Origin: an uncultured Gemmatimonadales bacterium
GTDB taxonomy: Bacteria > Gemmatimonadota > Gemmatimonadetes > Gemmatimonadales > GWC2-71-9
Direction: 5' to 3'
Assembly: GCA_963795085.1 (NCBI GenBank)
Contig: CAWCFX010000001.1
Location: 960,001 to 1,024,000 of the forward strand
DNA: 64,000 nucleotides
Shown: in pieces, positions 51,347-62,600 of the stretch
Layout: each line of letters starts with the position of its first letter
Numbering within the stretch: the stretch's first letter is position 1
Made by a program: the position numbers and the translations under genes
Notes under the pieces: generated by a model
Database searches by the model: none
The model's input: the letters and a program-made list of their open reading frames with translations, nothing else
Told to the model about the DNA's origin: nothing

Positions 51347-51773
51347 CGTTCCCGGTCTTGCGGAGCTGGAGCCGCGGTGCTTCAGCGACCCGTGGTCGGC
51401 AACCGGGTTCCGGGAGATGCTGGAAGCGCCCCATATTTTGGCCCTGGTTACCGAGGGGCCCGGACGCAAGCTCGCCGGCTACCTGGTCGCCCGGGTTATA
51501 GAAGGGGAAGGTGAGATTCTCAACCTCGCCGTGGATCCTGCCCGCCGGCGCCGGGGGTTGGGCTCCGAGCTGCTGGAGGCGGGGCTGAGCCTGATCAAGG
51601 CCCGGGGCGGGGAGGCCATTTTCCTCGAGGTTCGGGTCTCCAACCAGGCCGCCATTAACCTGTACCTGGCGAAAGGGTTCCGTCCCATCGGCCAGCGGCG
51701 GGGCTATTATCGGCGGCCGGTGGAGGACGCCATGGTCCTCCGGTGGCAGGCCGGCCGCCCTGTCGCCCCTTAG
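51306..51773 (+). CDS. rimI: Ribosomal protein S18 alanine N-acetyltransferase
   Basis: NLAVDP..RRRGLG, LEVRVSN..A..LY, R.GYY..P.EDA. Confidence 0.9.
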   Translation: MGAGYRIRPALLADVPGLAELEPRCFSDPWSATGFREMLEAPHILALVTEGPGRKLAGYLVARVIEGEGEILNLAVDPARRRRGLGSELLEAGLSLIKARGGEAIFLEVRVSNQAAINLYLAKGFRPIGQRRGYYRRPVEDAMVLRWQAGRPVAP

Positions 51774-51892
51774 AGAAGTGCTCGCGCTTTTTTGTACCAC
51801 TCGCAGTATCTTTTGGCATCCCACTCGGAGGGACCCGGTGCTACGTTAGCTCACCGTCGTGTCCCATACTCTGCACACCGCAGGAGGTCGTC

Positions 51893-52369
51893 GTGAGTCG
51901 AAGCCTGAACAAAGTCACCCTGATCGGAAACCTGGGCGCCGATCCCGAAATCCGCAGTACGTCCAATGGGTCCCGCGTGGCGACCCTCTCGCTGGCCACC
52001 GGCCGCCAGTGGAAAAACCAGAGCGGGGAGAAACAGGAGAAGACCGAGTGGCACCGCGTCATCTTCTGGAGCAGCAAGTTCAACAACGTGGTCGACACCA
52101 TCGAGAAGTATGTCAAGAAGGGTGACAAGCTCTACATCGAGGGTCGGATCGAATATCGCTCCTGGCAGGATCGCGAGGGACAGACCCGGTACACCACCGA
52201 GATCATCGGCAACGAGCTGCTGATGCTGTCCGGCCGGGGCCAGGCGGGCGAGGGCGAGTCCTACAGCCCGGCCAAGGTCGGGGCCGCGGCCGCGGCGCCC
52301 AAGAAGGACGAGAACTTCGACGACTTCCCGGAAGCCCTGGACGCCGAGGACGACGACCTGCCGTTCTGA
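51893..52369 (+). CDS. ssb: Single-stranded DNA-binding protein
   Basis: AGGAGG RBS + GTG; NKVTLIGNLGADPE, TEWHRV, DDDLPF tail. Confidence 0.95.
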   Translation: MSRSLNKVTLIGNLGADPEIRSTSNGSRVATLSLATGRQWKNQSGEKQEKTEWHRVIFWSSKFNNVVDTIEKYVKKGDKLYIEGRIEYRSWQDREGQTRYTTEIIGNELLMLSGRGQAGEGESYSPAKVGAAAAAPKKDENFDDFPEALDAEDDDLPF

Positions 52370-52521
52370 AATTGAAGGAATGGGGGAAATGTGGGAATTG
52401 AGGGAATGTGGGAATTGGGGAATTGAGGGAATTGAAGGAATGTGGGAATTGGATTCAATTCCTTCAATTCCCACATTCCTTCAATTCCCTCAATTTTCTC
52501 ATTCCCTCAATTCCCTCAATT
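52369..52521. repeat. 8-9 nt tandem repeats (GGGAATTGA/GGGAATGT) followed by their reverse complement
   Basis: Perfect 31-bp inverted repeat 52421-52451 / 52465-52495 with 13-nt spacer, flanked by more degenerate units. Confidence 0.9.
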
Positions 52522-52744
52522 ATTTTGCCTCTCCTCCCGCGATCCGCGTAGCTCCGTCCCCGCATCGAGCGTTCCCAGCCGGCCAGCCGAGCCCCTTAAG
52601 TGGCGTTCCCGCACCCCTTTGCGAGATACTACTTGAGGTGGGTCTTGTATGGCGTTGATTTTGCTAGGGTTATATATTATCGCGGTCTTCGTTCATCCCG
52701 AATCCCAGTGGTCCGTTCCATCAGACTCGCTTGGAGATAACTCC

Positions 52745-53950
52745 ATGCCTCGCAGGATCTTCGGTCAACCGGTCGGCGCCCGTCTTCGCGCCATATCCCT
52801 GGGGCTGGCGGTTTCCGCCCTTCCCGCCCTGCTTGCTGCGCAGGTATCGGCGCCGCAAACCCATACCGTGCGTCGGGGGGATACCCTCTGGGGCATTGCC
52901 GGGCAGTACCTTGGCGATCCGGTGCTCTGGCCGGAGATCTATCGGCTGAACACCGCCGTGGTCGAGGACCCCCATTGGATCTATCCGGGTGAGGAGCTCC
53001 AGTTGGTGGCCGGGGCGGCGCCCCGGCCCGCCGTGCCGACGGAGGATACGCCAGCGCCGGGAGTCGTCATCACGGTACCTCCCGCCCACCAGGCCGACAC
53101 GGTCATGGTGCTGGTGCAGGCGCCGGACAGCGGCATCTCCGGCGTCCTTACGGTCGCCGCCGATACCGCCCCGACCGACATGTCGCCCCTGTTCGGGACC
53201 AGCGCCCGCCGGCGGGACATGGATGCGACCCTGCTCGCCTACAGCCAGCAGCCCTACCGGCCGCTCCGACGCAGCGAGTTCCATTCGTCAGGCTTCCTCA
53301 GCGAGGGACAGGACCTGCCGTTCGGCAAGTTCCAGGGGCCGGTCTCACCGACCCAGATCGCCACCATGACCAGTAATGCCTCCAACGCGCTCTACTCCAA
53401 GGTGGCCGTGATGCCGCCGGCCGGGGGCGCGTACCAGGTCGGCGACAGCCTGCTGGTCGTTCGCATCGACCGGCGGACGGCGGATTACGGGGACGTGGTA
53501 GTCCCGGTGGGGATGCTCCGGATTACCGACGTGAGCCGGGCCGAGAACACCGCGGAAGTCATTGCGATCTACGGACCGATGCGGGCCGGCCATCACACCC
53601 TGCCGGTGGAGCACTTCCCCGACCCGGGCGAGGTGCGTCCGGTGCCAATTTCCGATGGCGTCGAGGGAGCCATCATCGAAAGCCGCGACCTCCAGGTGCT
53701 GAAAGGCCCCCAGGACGTGGTCTTCATCAACAAGGGGCGGAGCGACGGCGTCGCCGTGGGTGACCTGTTCGAGATTCGGCGGCTGCCCGAGGAGCGGCCC
53801 GAAGGCGCTATGACGGTGCCCGAAACCATGGGCGTGCTGCAGGTCGTGCACGTGCGGGACCGGACGGCGACAACCCGCGTGCTCACCATTTCGGCCCCCT
53901 ACGTGACGCCGGGGACCGCAGTCCGCCAGGTCGCCAAACTTCCTTCCTGA
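52745..53950 (+). CDS. Exported LysM peptidoglycan-binding protein
   Basis: Signal peptide; HTVRRGDTLWGIA..YLGDP.LWP.IY..N..DPHWIYPG. Confidence 0.85.
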   Translation: MPRRIFGQPVGARLRAISLGLAVSALPALLAAQVSAPQTHTVRRGDTLWGIAGQYLGDPVLWPEIYRLNTAVVEDPHWIYPGEELQLVAGAAPRPAVPTEDTPAPGVVITVPPAHQADTVMVLVQAPDSGISGVLTVAADTAPTDMSPLFGTSARRRDMDATLLAYSQQPYRPLRRSEFHSSGFLSEGQDLPFGKFQGPVSPTQIATMTSNASNALYSKVAVMPPAGGAYQVGDSLLVVRIDRRTADYGDVVVPVGMLRITDVSRAENTAEVIAIYGPMRAGHHTLPVEHFPDPGEVRPVPISDGVEGAIIESRDLQVLKGPQDVVFINKGRSDGVAVGDLFEIRRLPEERPEGAMTVPETMGVLQVVHVRDRTATTRVLTISAPYVTPGTAVRQVAKLPS

Positions 53951-53969
53951 CCGGCGGCCGGTCCGCCCG

Positions 53970-53998
53970 AAAAGGTGCCCGCCTGGCGGGCACCTTTT
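53970..53998. terminator. Bidirectional intrinsic terminator
   Basis: AAAAGGTGCCCGC-ctg-GCGGGCACCTTTT. Confidence 0.85.
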
Positions 53999-54132
53999 GT
54001 TTTGGGTCCCTCCATTCCGCCCAGTTCACCCTGCCGAAGTTCATTGGTCACATGGCCTTTCGCCGCAGGGCCGTATTATCCTTCGTCGGAATTCTGGGTG
54101 GCGGCGATCAAACGAACGCACAAGGGGTGGCT

Positions 54133-55079
<947 letters not shown>

Positions 55080-55083
<4 letters not shown>

Positions 55084-55790
55084 TGCTGCAGGTGGGCGGC
55101 GCCATTCCCTCGTCTTCGCTGGAGCTGGTACTCTCCTCCAGTGTGGAGACCAAGGTCGTGCTTGCGGTGATCGCGATCTTCTCGCTCACGGCCTGGTTCA
55201 TCATCGCCTACAAGTGGTGGCAGTTTCGCCGGGTTCGCCGCCAGGCCGACCGTTTTTTCAGCGAGATGGAGCGCGCCACCCGGCTGGAGGAGGCCTATCA
55301 CACTGTGATGCGGCTGCCGCCCTCGCCGTACAACCGGATTTTCCGGGAGGCGATGGCCTTCGTGTCCGATCTCCGGCCCCGGGGCCCCGAGGGGGGATTG
55401 GTCACCCACGGCTCAATGACGGGCACCCAGCTCGAGGCGTTCAAGATGGTGCTCGCCAAGGATATCGCCGCCGAGCGGGATGCGATGGCGCACTTTATTC
55501 CGTGGCTCGCGACCGTGGGATCGGTGGGCCCCCTGCTGGGCCTGCTGGGGACCGTGCTGGGCGTGATGGATGCCTTCATCGGCATCGCCAGCAAGGGCTC
55601 CGGCAACATCGCCGCGGTCGCCCCGGGCGTGGCCGAAGCGCTGGTGACCACGGTGGCCGGACTCGCCGCGGCTATCCCGGCGGTGATCGCCTATAACATC
55701 TTCGTCAATCGCCTCAATGTCTTCGAGGGCGAAATGGACGGCTTCGCCAACGAACTGATCGGGACCATGGCCCGGGAGGGGGTCCTCTAG
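55080..55790 (+). CDS. tolQ: TolQ/ExbB proton channel
   Basis: LATVGS.GPLLGLLGTV.G, APGVAEAL.TT..GL..AIPA. Confidence 0.85.
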
Positions 55791-55792
55791 CG

Positions 55793-56224
55793 ATGGCCGG
55801 CCCCACCGGCGCCGGGCTCCGCCGCCGCGGGCGGATTCCGCTCACGGCCGATATCAACGTCACCTCGCTGGTCGACGTCGCCTTCGTGCTGCTCATCATT
55901 TTCATGATCACTGCCCCCATGATGCAGGGCGGGGTGGACGTGCAGCTGCCCCGCGCCGAGGCCCGTCCGCTCAGCGCCAAGGAAGGGATGGTGGTGTCGG
56001 TGGACCGCGAGGGCCGCATTTTCATCGACCAGACCGAGGTGAGCTACAACGACTTCCGGCTCACCTTCAAGTCCATCGTCTCGGCCCGGAACCCCACCGG
56101 CGTGTACCTCCGCGCCGACAGCCGGGTACCCTATGGCGAGGTGGTGCGGGTGCTCGCCGTGATCCGCACCGCGGGGGTGAGCGACGTGGGCCTGGTGGCC
56201 GAGGACGAGCGGGGCGGGCCCTAG
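55793..56224 (+). CDS. tolR: TolR/ExbD
   Basis: INVTSLVDV..VLLIIFMITAP, LRAD..VPYG. Confidence 0.85.
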   Translation: MAGPTGAGLRRRGRIPLTADINVTSLVDVAFVLLIIFMITAPMMQGGVDVQLPRAEARPLSAKEGMVVSVDREGRIFIDQTEVSYNDFRLTFKSIVSARNPTGVYLRADSRVPYGEVVRVLAVIRTAGVSDVGLVAEDERGGP

Positions 56225-56232
56225 CGGGCGCC

Positions 56233-56922
56233 ATGGCGATCCGGGTCCGGGCTCACGCCAGGGGGAACGCGACGGTCGGCATCGCGGGGACGCTCCTCGT
56301 GCACGCGACCGCCGTGGGCCTCCTGGTCTTTGCCGTGAAGGCGCCCAAGGAGTTCCCGCCGGTGTACTCGGTGAACCTGGTCGCCGCGCCGGCGCCCCGG
56401 GAGGACAGCCGGCCCGCCCCGGAGGCGGTTGCCCGGCCGGTGGAAGAGCCGCCCGCGCCGTCGGTGCCGGTCGCCGAACCCGCCAGGACCGTGCCCAAGC
56501 CGGTCCCGACCCGGCCGCAGCCGGCCCAGCCGAAAGAACCGGCGCCGCGGACCCGGAGTCCCGAGCGCCCCGCACCGGGGGAGACGCCGGGCACCGGCAG
56601 CGACGCTGTGACGGTCAAGACACCGGGGCTGACTTTCCCGTACCCCGGTTATCTTGAGAACATCTACAACCAGATCTACCGCCGCTGGGAACGCCCGGTC
56701 AGTTCCAGTCTCAGCGCAGAAGTCACTTTTCTGATAATGCGGGATGGTTCGGTGCGGGATCTCCGGTTCTCCCGGTCTTCGGGGAACTTTTCATTCGACC
56801 TGAGCGCCCAGGGAGCAGTCGAGGCCGCCGGCAATACCAAGGCGTTCGGCTCGCTCCCCGATGGCTTCGAGGCAGACGTGCTATTGGTCAGTTTTTATTT
56901 TGCTCCGGCGGCTTCCCGATGA
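56233..56922 (+). CDS. TolA/TonB-like energy transducer
   Basis: TM with His, Pro-rich spacer, RDG.V...SSG...FD C-terminal domain; inside tol-pal operon. Confidence 0.75.
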   Translation: MAIRVRAHARGNATVGIAGTLLVHATAVGLLVFAVKAPKEFPPVYSVNLVAAPAPREDSRPAPEAVARPVEEPPAPSVPVAEPARTVPKPVPTRPQPAQPKEPAPRTRSPERPAPGETPGTGSDAVTVKTPGLTFPYPGYLENIYNQIYRRWERPVSSSLSAEVTFLIMRDGSVRDLRFSRSSGNFSFDLSAQGAVEAAGNTKAFGSLPDGFEADVLLVSFYFAPAASR

Positions 56923-58211
56923 GAACCATCGCGATCACCGCCCTCCTGGGTCTCCTGGCTGCGCCGCTTCTCGCGCAGGATACGCTCGGCGTTCGCCTGG
57001 GAATTACCTACGGCAGGGGAAGCCGGCCCGGACTGGTCATCCTCCCTTCCGCCGGGGTGGACTCGGTGCGGGCCATTCTGGCCCGCGATCTCGACTACAG
57101 CGACCGGTTTGAAGTCGTCGCCATTCCCGCGTCGGAAGTCGCCCGGGGCGGCGGTGGCCGGGCCGGCACCGTCAACTACGGACTCTATCGTACGCTGGGC
57201 GCGGCCTATGGCCTCGAGGTGCTGGCCGGTACCGGGGGTGGCGGGGTCCGGGTGCGGCTGCACGATCTCCAGGCCGGCTCCGTTCGCCGTGAGGAGACTA
57301 CCAACCTGCCGCCCCCCGATTCGCCGGCCTTTCGGATGATGGTCCACCGGCTGGCCGACGAAATCGTCCGCTGGATCACCGGGCTGCCCGGCATCGCGGC
57401 GACCCAGTTCGTCTTCCTGGTGGACAAACAGGTGTACCGGATGGACAGCGACGGCTACAACATGACGGCCGTGACGGGCCGCGGCGAGGAGGCGCTCTCG
57501 CCCACCTGGTCGCCCGATGGAGCCCGGGTTGCCTACACGCAGTTCGACGAGGGCCGCGGCTCCATCGTGATTGAGGACCGGGGCGGCACCAAGCGCTCGG
57601 TGCCCGGGACCGGCCGGGACCTCAACATCACCCCGGCGTTTTCGCCCGACGGGCAGTGGCTCGCCTATGCGCGGGTGGGCGAGGACGGGACCGACATTTT
57701 CAAGGTGAGCCTGGCCGGTTCGGGCGGGCCGCAACGCTTGACCGCCGGTCGCTTCGCGGATAACCTATCTCCGACCTGGTCGCCAGACGGGCGGCGGATC
57801 GGCTTCGTGTCCACCCGCTCCGGGCTGCCACAGGTGTATGTTATGGGGGCCGACGGGACGGACCAGGAGCTGCTCGCCCCGTTTGACTACGGTGTCACCG
57901 GGAGTTCCAACGCTCCGGAGTGGTCGCCGGACGGAGCCAGCCTGGTGTTTCACCGCGATGTCTCCCGTTCGCCCCAGGTTTTTGTGCTCGATATCAACAG
58001 CCGGCGGGTTCGCCAGTTGACCTCGTCCGGCCGCAATGAAGACCCGACGTGGGCCCCTGACGGGCGGCACGTGGCTTTCATCTCGGACCGAAGCGGCCGC
58101 CGCCAGCTGTGGGTCATCGACATGGAATCAGGCCGGGTGCGCCAATTGCGCACGTCGGCATCGGTGCGGTTGCCCTCGTGGTCCCGTCACCTGGACGGAC
58201 CCGTTCAATAA
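56919..58211 (+). CDS. tolB: TolB
   Basis: Signal peptide, RDLDYSDRF, HRLADEIV, repeated PxWSPDG. Confidence 0.85.
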   Translation: MRTIAITALLGLLAAPLLAQDTLGVRLGITYGRGSRPGLVILPSAGVDSVRAILARDLDYSDRFEVVAIPASEVARGGGGRAGTVNYGLYRTLGAAYGLEVLAGTGGGGVRVRLHDLQAGSVRREETTNLPPPDSPAFRMMVHRLADEIVRWITGLPGIAATQFVFLVDKQVYRMDSDGYNMTAVTGRGEEALSPTWSPDGARVAYTQFDEGRGSIVIEDRGGTKRSVPGTGRDLNITPAFSPDGQWLAYARVGEDGTDIFKVSLAGSGGPQRLTAGRFADNLSPTWSPDGRRIGFVSTRSGLPQVYVMGADGTDQELLAPFDYGVTGSSNAPEWSPDGASLVFHRDVSRSPQVFVLDINSRRVRQLTSSGRNEDPTWAPDGRHVAFISDRSGRRQLWVIDMESGRVRQLRTSASVRLPSWSRHLDGPVQ

Positions 58212-58231
58212 CCTTTTTATCAGGAGTTCCG

Positions 58232-58849
58232 ATGCGCTTTCCTTTGATGTTGGTTACGCTGGTGGTGGCCGGAGTTGTCGGCGCCGCGTGCGGTGGCAGC
58301 CAGCCGCCGGAGACCTCGACTACGCCCGCGGTAGATACCGCCGCTGCAAACGCCCGGGCCCGCGCCCGCCAGGACTCCATCGATGCGGCCAACCGCGCCC
58401 GCGCCGAAGCCGACCGTCTGGCCCGTGAAGAGGCCGAGCGCCGCGCCGCCGCCGATCGCGCCGCCCGCGACCGGCAGGCCCTGATGACCGACATGGCTGC
58501 GATGGTGCACTTCGACTATGACCGTGCCGACATTCGCTCGGACGACATGGCCAAACTTGACCGCAAGGCCGCCATCCTCAGCGCCAACACCGGTGCCCGG
58601 ATCCGGATCTCCGGCCACGCCGACGATCGCGGCTCCGATGAGTACAACCTGGCGCTGGGCAACCGCCGGGCCGCCGCCGCCAAGCGTTACCTGGTGAGCA
58701 AGGGCATCGCCGACGGCCGGATCGACATCGTGTCCTATGGCGAAGAGCGTCCCACGGCCCAGGGCACCGACGAGGCCAGCTACCAGCAGAACCGGCGGGC
58801 CGAGTTCGAGATCGTGGCGGGCGGCGATAACCTCATGGCGCCGAGATAA
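58232..58849 (+). CDS. pal: Peptidoglycan-associated lipoprotein
   Basis: GAAC lipobox; HFDYD, GHADDRGSDEYNLALG.RRA, SYGEE.P, NRRAE. Confidence 0.9.
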   Translation: MRFPLMLVTLVVAGVVGAACGGSQPPETSTTPAVDTAAANARARARQDSIDAANRARAEADRLAREEAERRAAADRAARDRQALMTDMAAMVHFDYDRADIRSDDMAKLDRKAAILSANTGARIRISGHADDRGSDEYNLALGNRRAAAAKRYLVSKGIADGRIDIVSYGEERPTAQGTDEASYQQNRRAEFEIVAGGDNLMAPR

Positions 58850-59680
58850 GTGGCCGCAATCAGGCGCAGTTCCCGAACCAACAGCAAGGCGCACCACGGT
58901 GCGCCCTTGCTGGCGCTCGGCCTCCTGGTGGTCCTGGGGGGATGTGCCCTCAAGGGCGACGTCAAGCGGGTCGAGACAGAGCTGGCGGCGTTCCGCATGG
59001 AATCCGCGGTCCAGGATTCCATTCGGGCGGCCCGGCTCAACGAAATGCTCGAATTGCAGCAGCGCCTCATGGACTCGCTGGGCTCCAGCATCGTTTCCAC
59101 CGAGCGCGCCGTCCTGGCGATCCGCGGTTCCCTGAGCCAGGACATGTACCGCATCCAGCAGCAGCTGGTGCAGGTCCAGGAGCTGACCGGGCAGAGCCAG
59201 CAGCGGCTGAGCGAGTTACGTTCCCAGCTGGAAACCCGCAGCCAGCAGGCCGCAGCGGCCCCGTCCGATTCCGCCGCCGCCCCGGTGCAGGGCTCGGGTG
59301 GCGGCCCCTCGGCCGACCAGATGTACGAGGCGTCGCTGCAGCAGCTGCGGCGGGGCAGCGTAGCCACGGCGCGAATGGGTTTCCGGCAACTGGTCCAGAG
59401 CCACCCGCAAAGCTCCCGGGTGGCTGACGCACTCTATTTTATCGGGGAGAGCTGGGCCGGCGAGTCTCCCGACTCGGCCGCGCGGTATTACGAGCAGGTG
59501 GTGACGACTTACCCCACATCTACCCGGGCCCCCGGTTCACTGTACAAGCTGGGGCTCCTGGCGGAGCGCCGCCGCGATATCGCCGCCGCCCGGGCCTACT
59601 TCACCCGGGTTGCCCGGGATTATCCACGGTCCGAAGAAGCCGCCCTGGTCCCTGACAAGCTGAAGGCGCTCGGGCAGTAA
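58850..59680 (+). CDS. cpoB: CpoB/YbgF-like tol-pal protein (lipoprotein-type signal)
   Basis: LGGC, coiled coil, TPR (ALYFIGES, YP.S); after pal; start uncertain. Confidence 0.75.
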   Translation: MAAIRRSSRTNSKAHHGAPLLALGLLVVLGGCALKGDVKRVETELAAFRMESAVQDSIRAARLNEMLELQQRLMDSLGSSIVSTERAVLAIRGSLSQDMYRIQQQLVQVQELTGQSQQRLSELRSQLETRSQQAAAAPSDSAAAPVQGSGGGPSADQMYEASLQQLRRGSVATARMGFRQLVQSHPQSSRVADALYFIGESWAGESPDSAARYYEQVVTTYPTSTRAPGSLYKLGLLAERRRDIAAARAYFTRVARDYPRSEEAALVPDKLKALGQ

Positions 59681-59698
59681 ACCCGGGCGATCCACCGC

Positions 59699-62600
59699 AT
59701 GGCCCGCGCCAATGGAGAGATGCCGTTCCTCGATCATCTCGAGGAACTGCGGATGCGGATTCTCAAGTCCGCCGGCGCGCTGGTGCTCGGCATGGCCGTT
59801 GGCCTCTTCGTGGTGGAGCGGTTTCAGCTGATCGTCCTGCTGAAACGCCCCATCGAGCCCTACCTGCCCGCCGGGGGCAAGCTGATCGTGACCGGCCCGA
59901 CCGAGCCGGTCATGATCGTCCTCAAGCTCGGATTCACCGTCGGGCTGGTTCTCGCCTCCCCGGTGCTCATCTACCAGCTGTGGGCCTTCCTTTCTCCGGC
60001 CCTCTACGCCCGGGAAAAGAAAGCCCTGGTCCCCGGGCTGCTGATCGGCCTCCTGCTGTTCATGGCGGGCGGGGCGCTGGGCTTCCTGTATATCGTGCCC
60101 CAGGCTCTCCGGGTGCTCTTCAGCTTCCAGTCGGAAGCGCTGGCCCCGTTCATCACCTACGACAAGTATTTCAGCTTCCTGCTCCAGGTGGTGCTGGCGA
60201 TGGGGATCTCGTTCGAGCTCCCCCTGGTCATCATCCTGCTGTCGATTTTCGGGTTGCTCACGCCGGCCGCGCTGCACCGGTTCCGCCGCTTCGCGATCGT
60301 GCTCGCCTGCATCGCAGGCGCGGTGCTTTCGCCCGGAGCAGACGTCATTTCCATGGTGATGATGACGGTCCCCCTGATCTTTCTGTACGAGGTGGGCGTC
60401 GCCGGGTCTTCAATCGTGTACCGGCGCAAGAAGCGGCGGGAGGCGCGGGCGGCCTCGGCGGCCGCGCTGCTCTTTTTCCTCTTCGCCGGAGTGGGAGCGG
60501 TATCGGCCCAGGAGCCGGTGCGGCCCCGGCCCGATTCACTCCGCCCGGCGATCCCCCGGGACAGCCTGCTTCGGGCGCGCCCCGACACGGGTCGCCGCCC
60601 CCGGGCCGGGAGCCAGCTGGACACCGCGACGGCCGCGCGCCTGGGGCTGCCGACCGCGCCCACCCGGAGTTTTCCCGCCCCCGACTCCATCATGGAGGCC
60701 CTCCTGGCGCGGCCCGGATTCCAGGCAGTGCGCTATCGGGCCGACTCCGCGACCCTGTATGCCGAGGAGCGGCGGATCCAGCTGCGCCGGGACGCGCTGA
60801 CTCAGCGGGGGCAGTCGGTGATGGAAGCCGACAGCGCCATCACCTACGACGACTCCGAGTGCATGATGACCGCCGGCGGCAATCCCCGCCTGTTCGACGG
60901 CGGGTCGGTGGTGGTCTCGAAACACATCTCCTACAATCACTGCATCCGGCGGGCCGTCATCGCCGACGCGCTGACCAATTTCCAGGAGGGATCCACCACC
61001 TGGTTCCTCCGGGGCACCCTGGCCCAGGACTCCAGCTCCAGCCGGCTCTACGCGCATTCCGGAGAGATCACCAGCTGTGATCTGCCGAATCCCCACTATC
61101 ATTTCTCGGCCCGGCAGGTGAAATGGATCTCCAAGACCGTGCTGGTCGCCCGGCCCGCGGTGCTCTACGTGCGCGATGTCCCCATCCTGTGGCTTCCGTT
61201 CATTTTCCAGGATGCCCGGCCGGGGCGGCGGTCCGGCATCCTGGTGCCCCAGTTCGGGATCAACGACATCGTGCGTCCCAATGGAGGCTATAACCGGCAG
61301 GTGACCAACGTGGGCTACTACTGGGCGCCCAACGAGTACTTCGACCTGACCGCCCGGCTCGACTGGTACGCCAATCGCTACACCCAGTATGGCATCGCGG
61401 GTCAGTACCGGTGGCTGAACCGGTTCGTCACCGGCAACCTCGCGTACAACCGCACCTCGGAGAACACCGGGCAGCGCTCCACCAACGTCCGCTGGGACCA
61501 CCGGCAGAGCTTCAACCTCAACACCACGCTCAATTTCAACCTGAACTATGCCAGCAACTCCAGCGTTATCCGGCGCAACGCGATCGACCCGCTCCTGTCC
61601 ACCCAGAACATCACCAGCGCGCTCAACTTCACCCGCCGCTTCGGCTGGGGGTCGCTGACCCTGGGCGGCAACCGGCGGCAGAGCCTCACCGACCGGAGCG
61701 TGACCCAGCAGTTCCCCGCGCTCACCATCAACCCCAAGCCCCTGGATCTGTCCCGGAACCTCACCTGGTCTCCCTCGGTGAGCTTCACCCGGGACGAGAG
61801 CCGCAATACCCCGCGAGGTTTCTTCGTGGTCGCCAATGCGCTGGGCGGGCTGGACTCGGTGGCGGCCACCGAGGATACCCGGCTGACCGCGTTCAACCTG
61901 GACACGCCGCTCCGGTTCTGGGGGTTCAACTGGCGCAACTCCGTCCGGATGACCGACCGGCTGGTGCAGGGCCGTCAGGCGGTGACCTTCCGGGAGGAGA
62001 ACACGGCTACGCCGGAGCCGGGGGACTCGGTGAACGTGACCCGGGTGTTCAGCGGAGATTTCTCGACCGGGGTAGACTGGAATACCGGCATCAATCTGCC
62101 GACACTGGCCCGCTCCACCTTCAAGCTGCAACCCACGCTGGGCATCGACAATATCGTGACCGGGCAGCCCTTTCTCCTCCGCAACCGCAACACCGGCGGC
62201 GACTACGTGGTGCAGGGCAAGCGGTTCGCGCTGTCGATGAGCGCGGCACCCACCGTGTTTGGCTTTTATCCCGGCGTCGGGCCGCTGGCCCGGATCCGTC
62301 ACAGCCTGTCGCCGGTCTTCAACTGGACCTACCGGCCCGCCGCCGAGATCCCGGCCGAGTTCGCCCGGGCCATCCAGCAACCGGGCCGGCCCATCGAATT
62401 GCGCAGCGATCCCAACCAGACGGCCAGCATCAGCCTGTCCCAGTCCTTCGAAGCCAAGGCGCGGCAGGCCCCCGGCGATACGACCGATCCGCAGAATGTC
62501 CGGAAGTACCGGCTGTTGAGCATCTCGACCAGCCAGCTGGCCTACGATTTCGAGCAAGCCAAGAAACCGGGCCGTACCGGGTGGATCACCCCTAGCATTT

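Noticed and set aside
52369..52521. Possible CRISPR array
   Set aside because: Units are 8-9 nt with no unique spacers, and no cas genes are present
60416..60450. Independent LptD start at in-frame GTG 60416, or a Tat signal in the linker
   Set aside because: No properly spaced RBS, TatC would still lack a stop, and the RR pairs lack the x-F-L consensus
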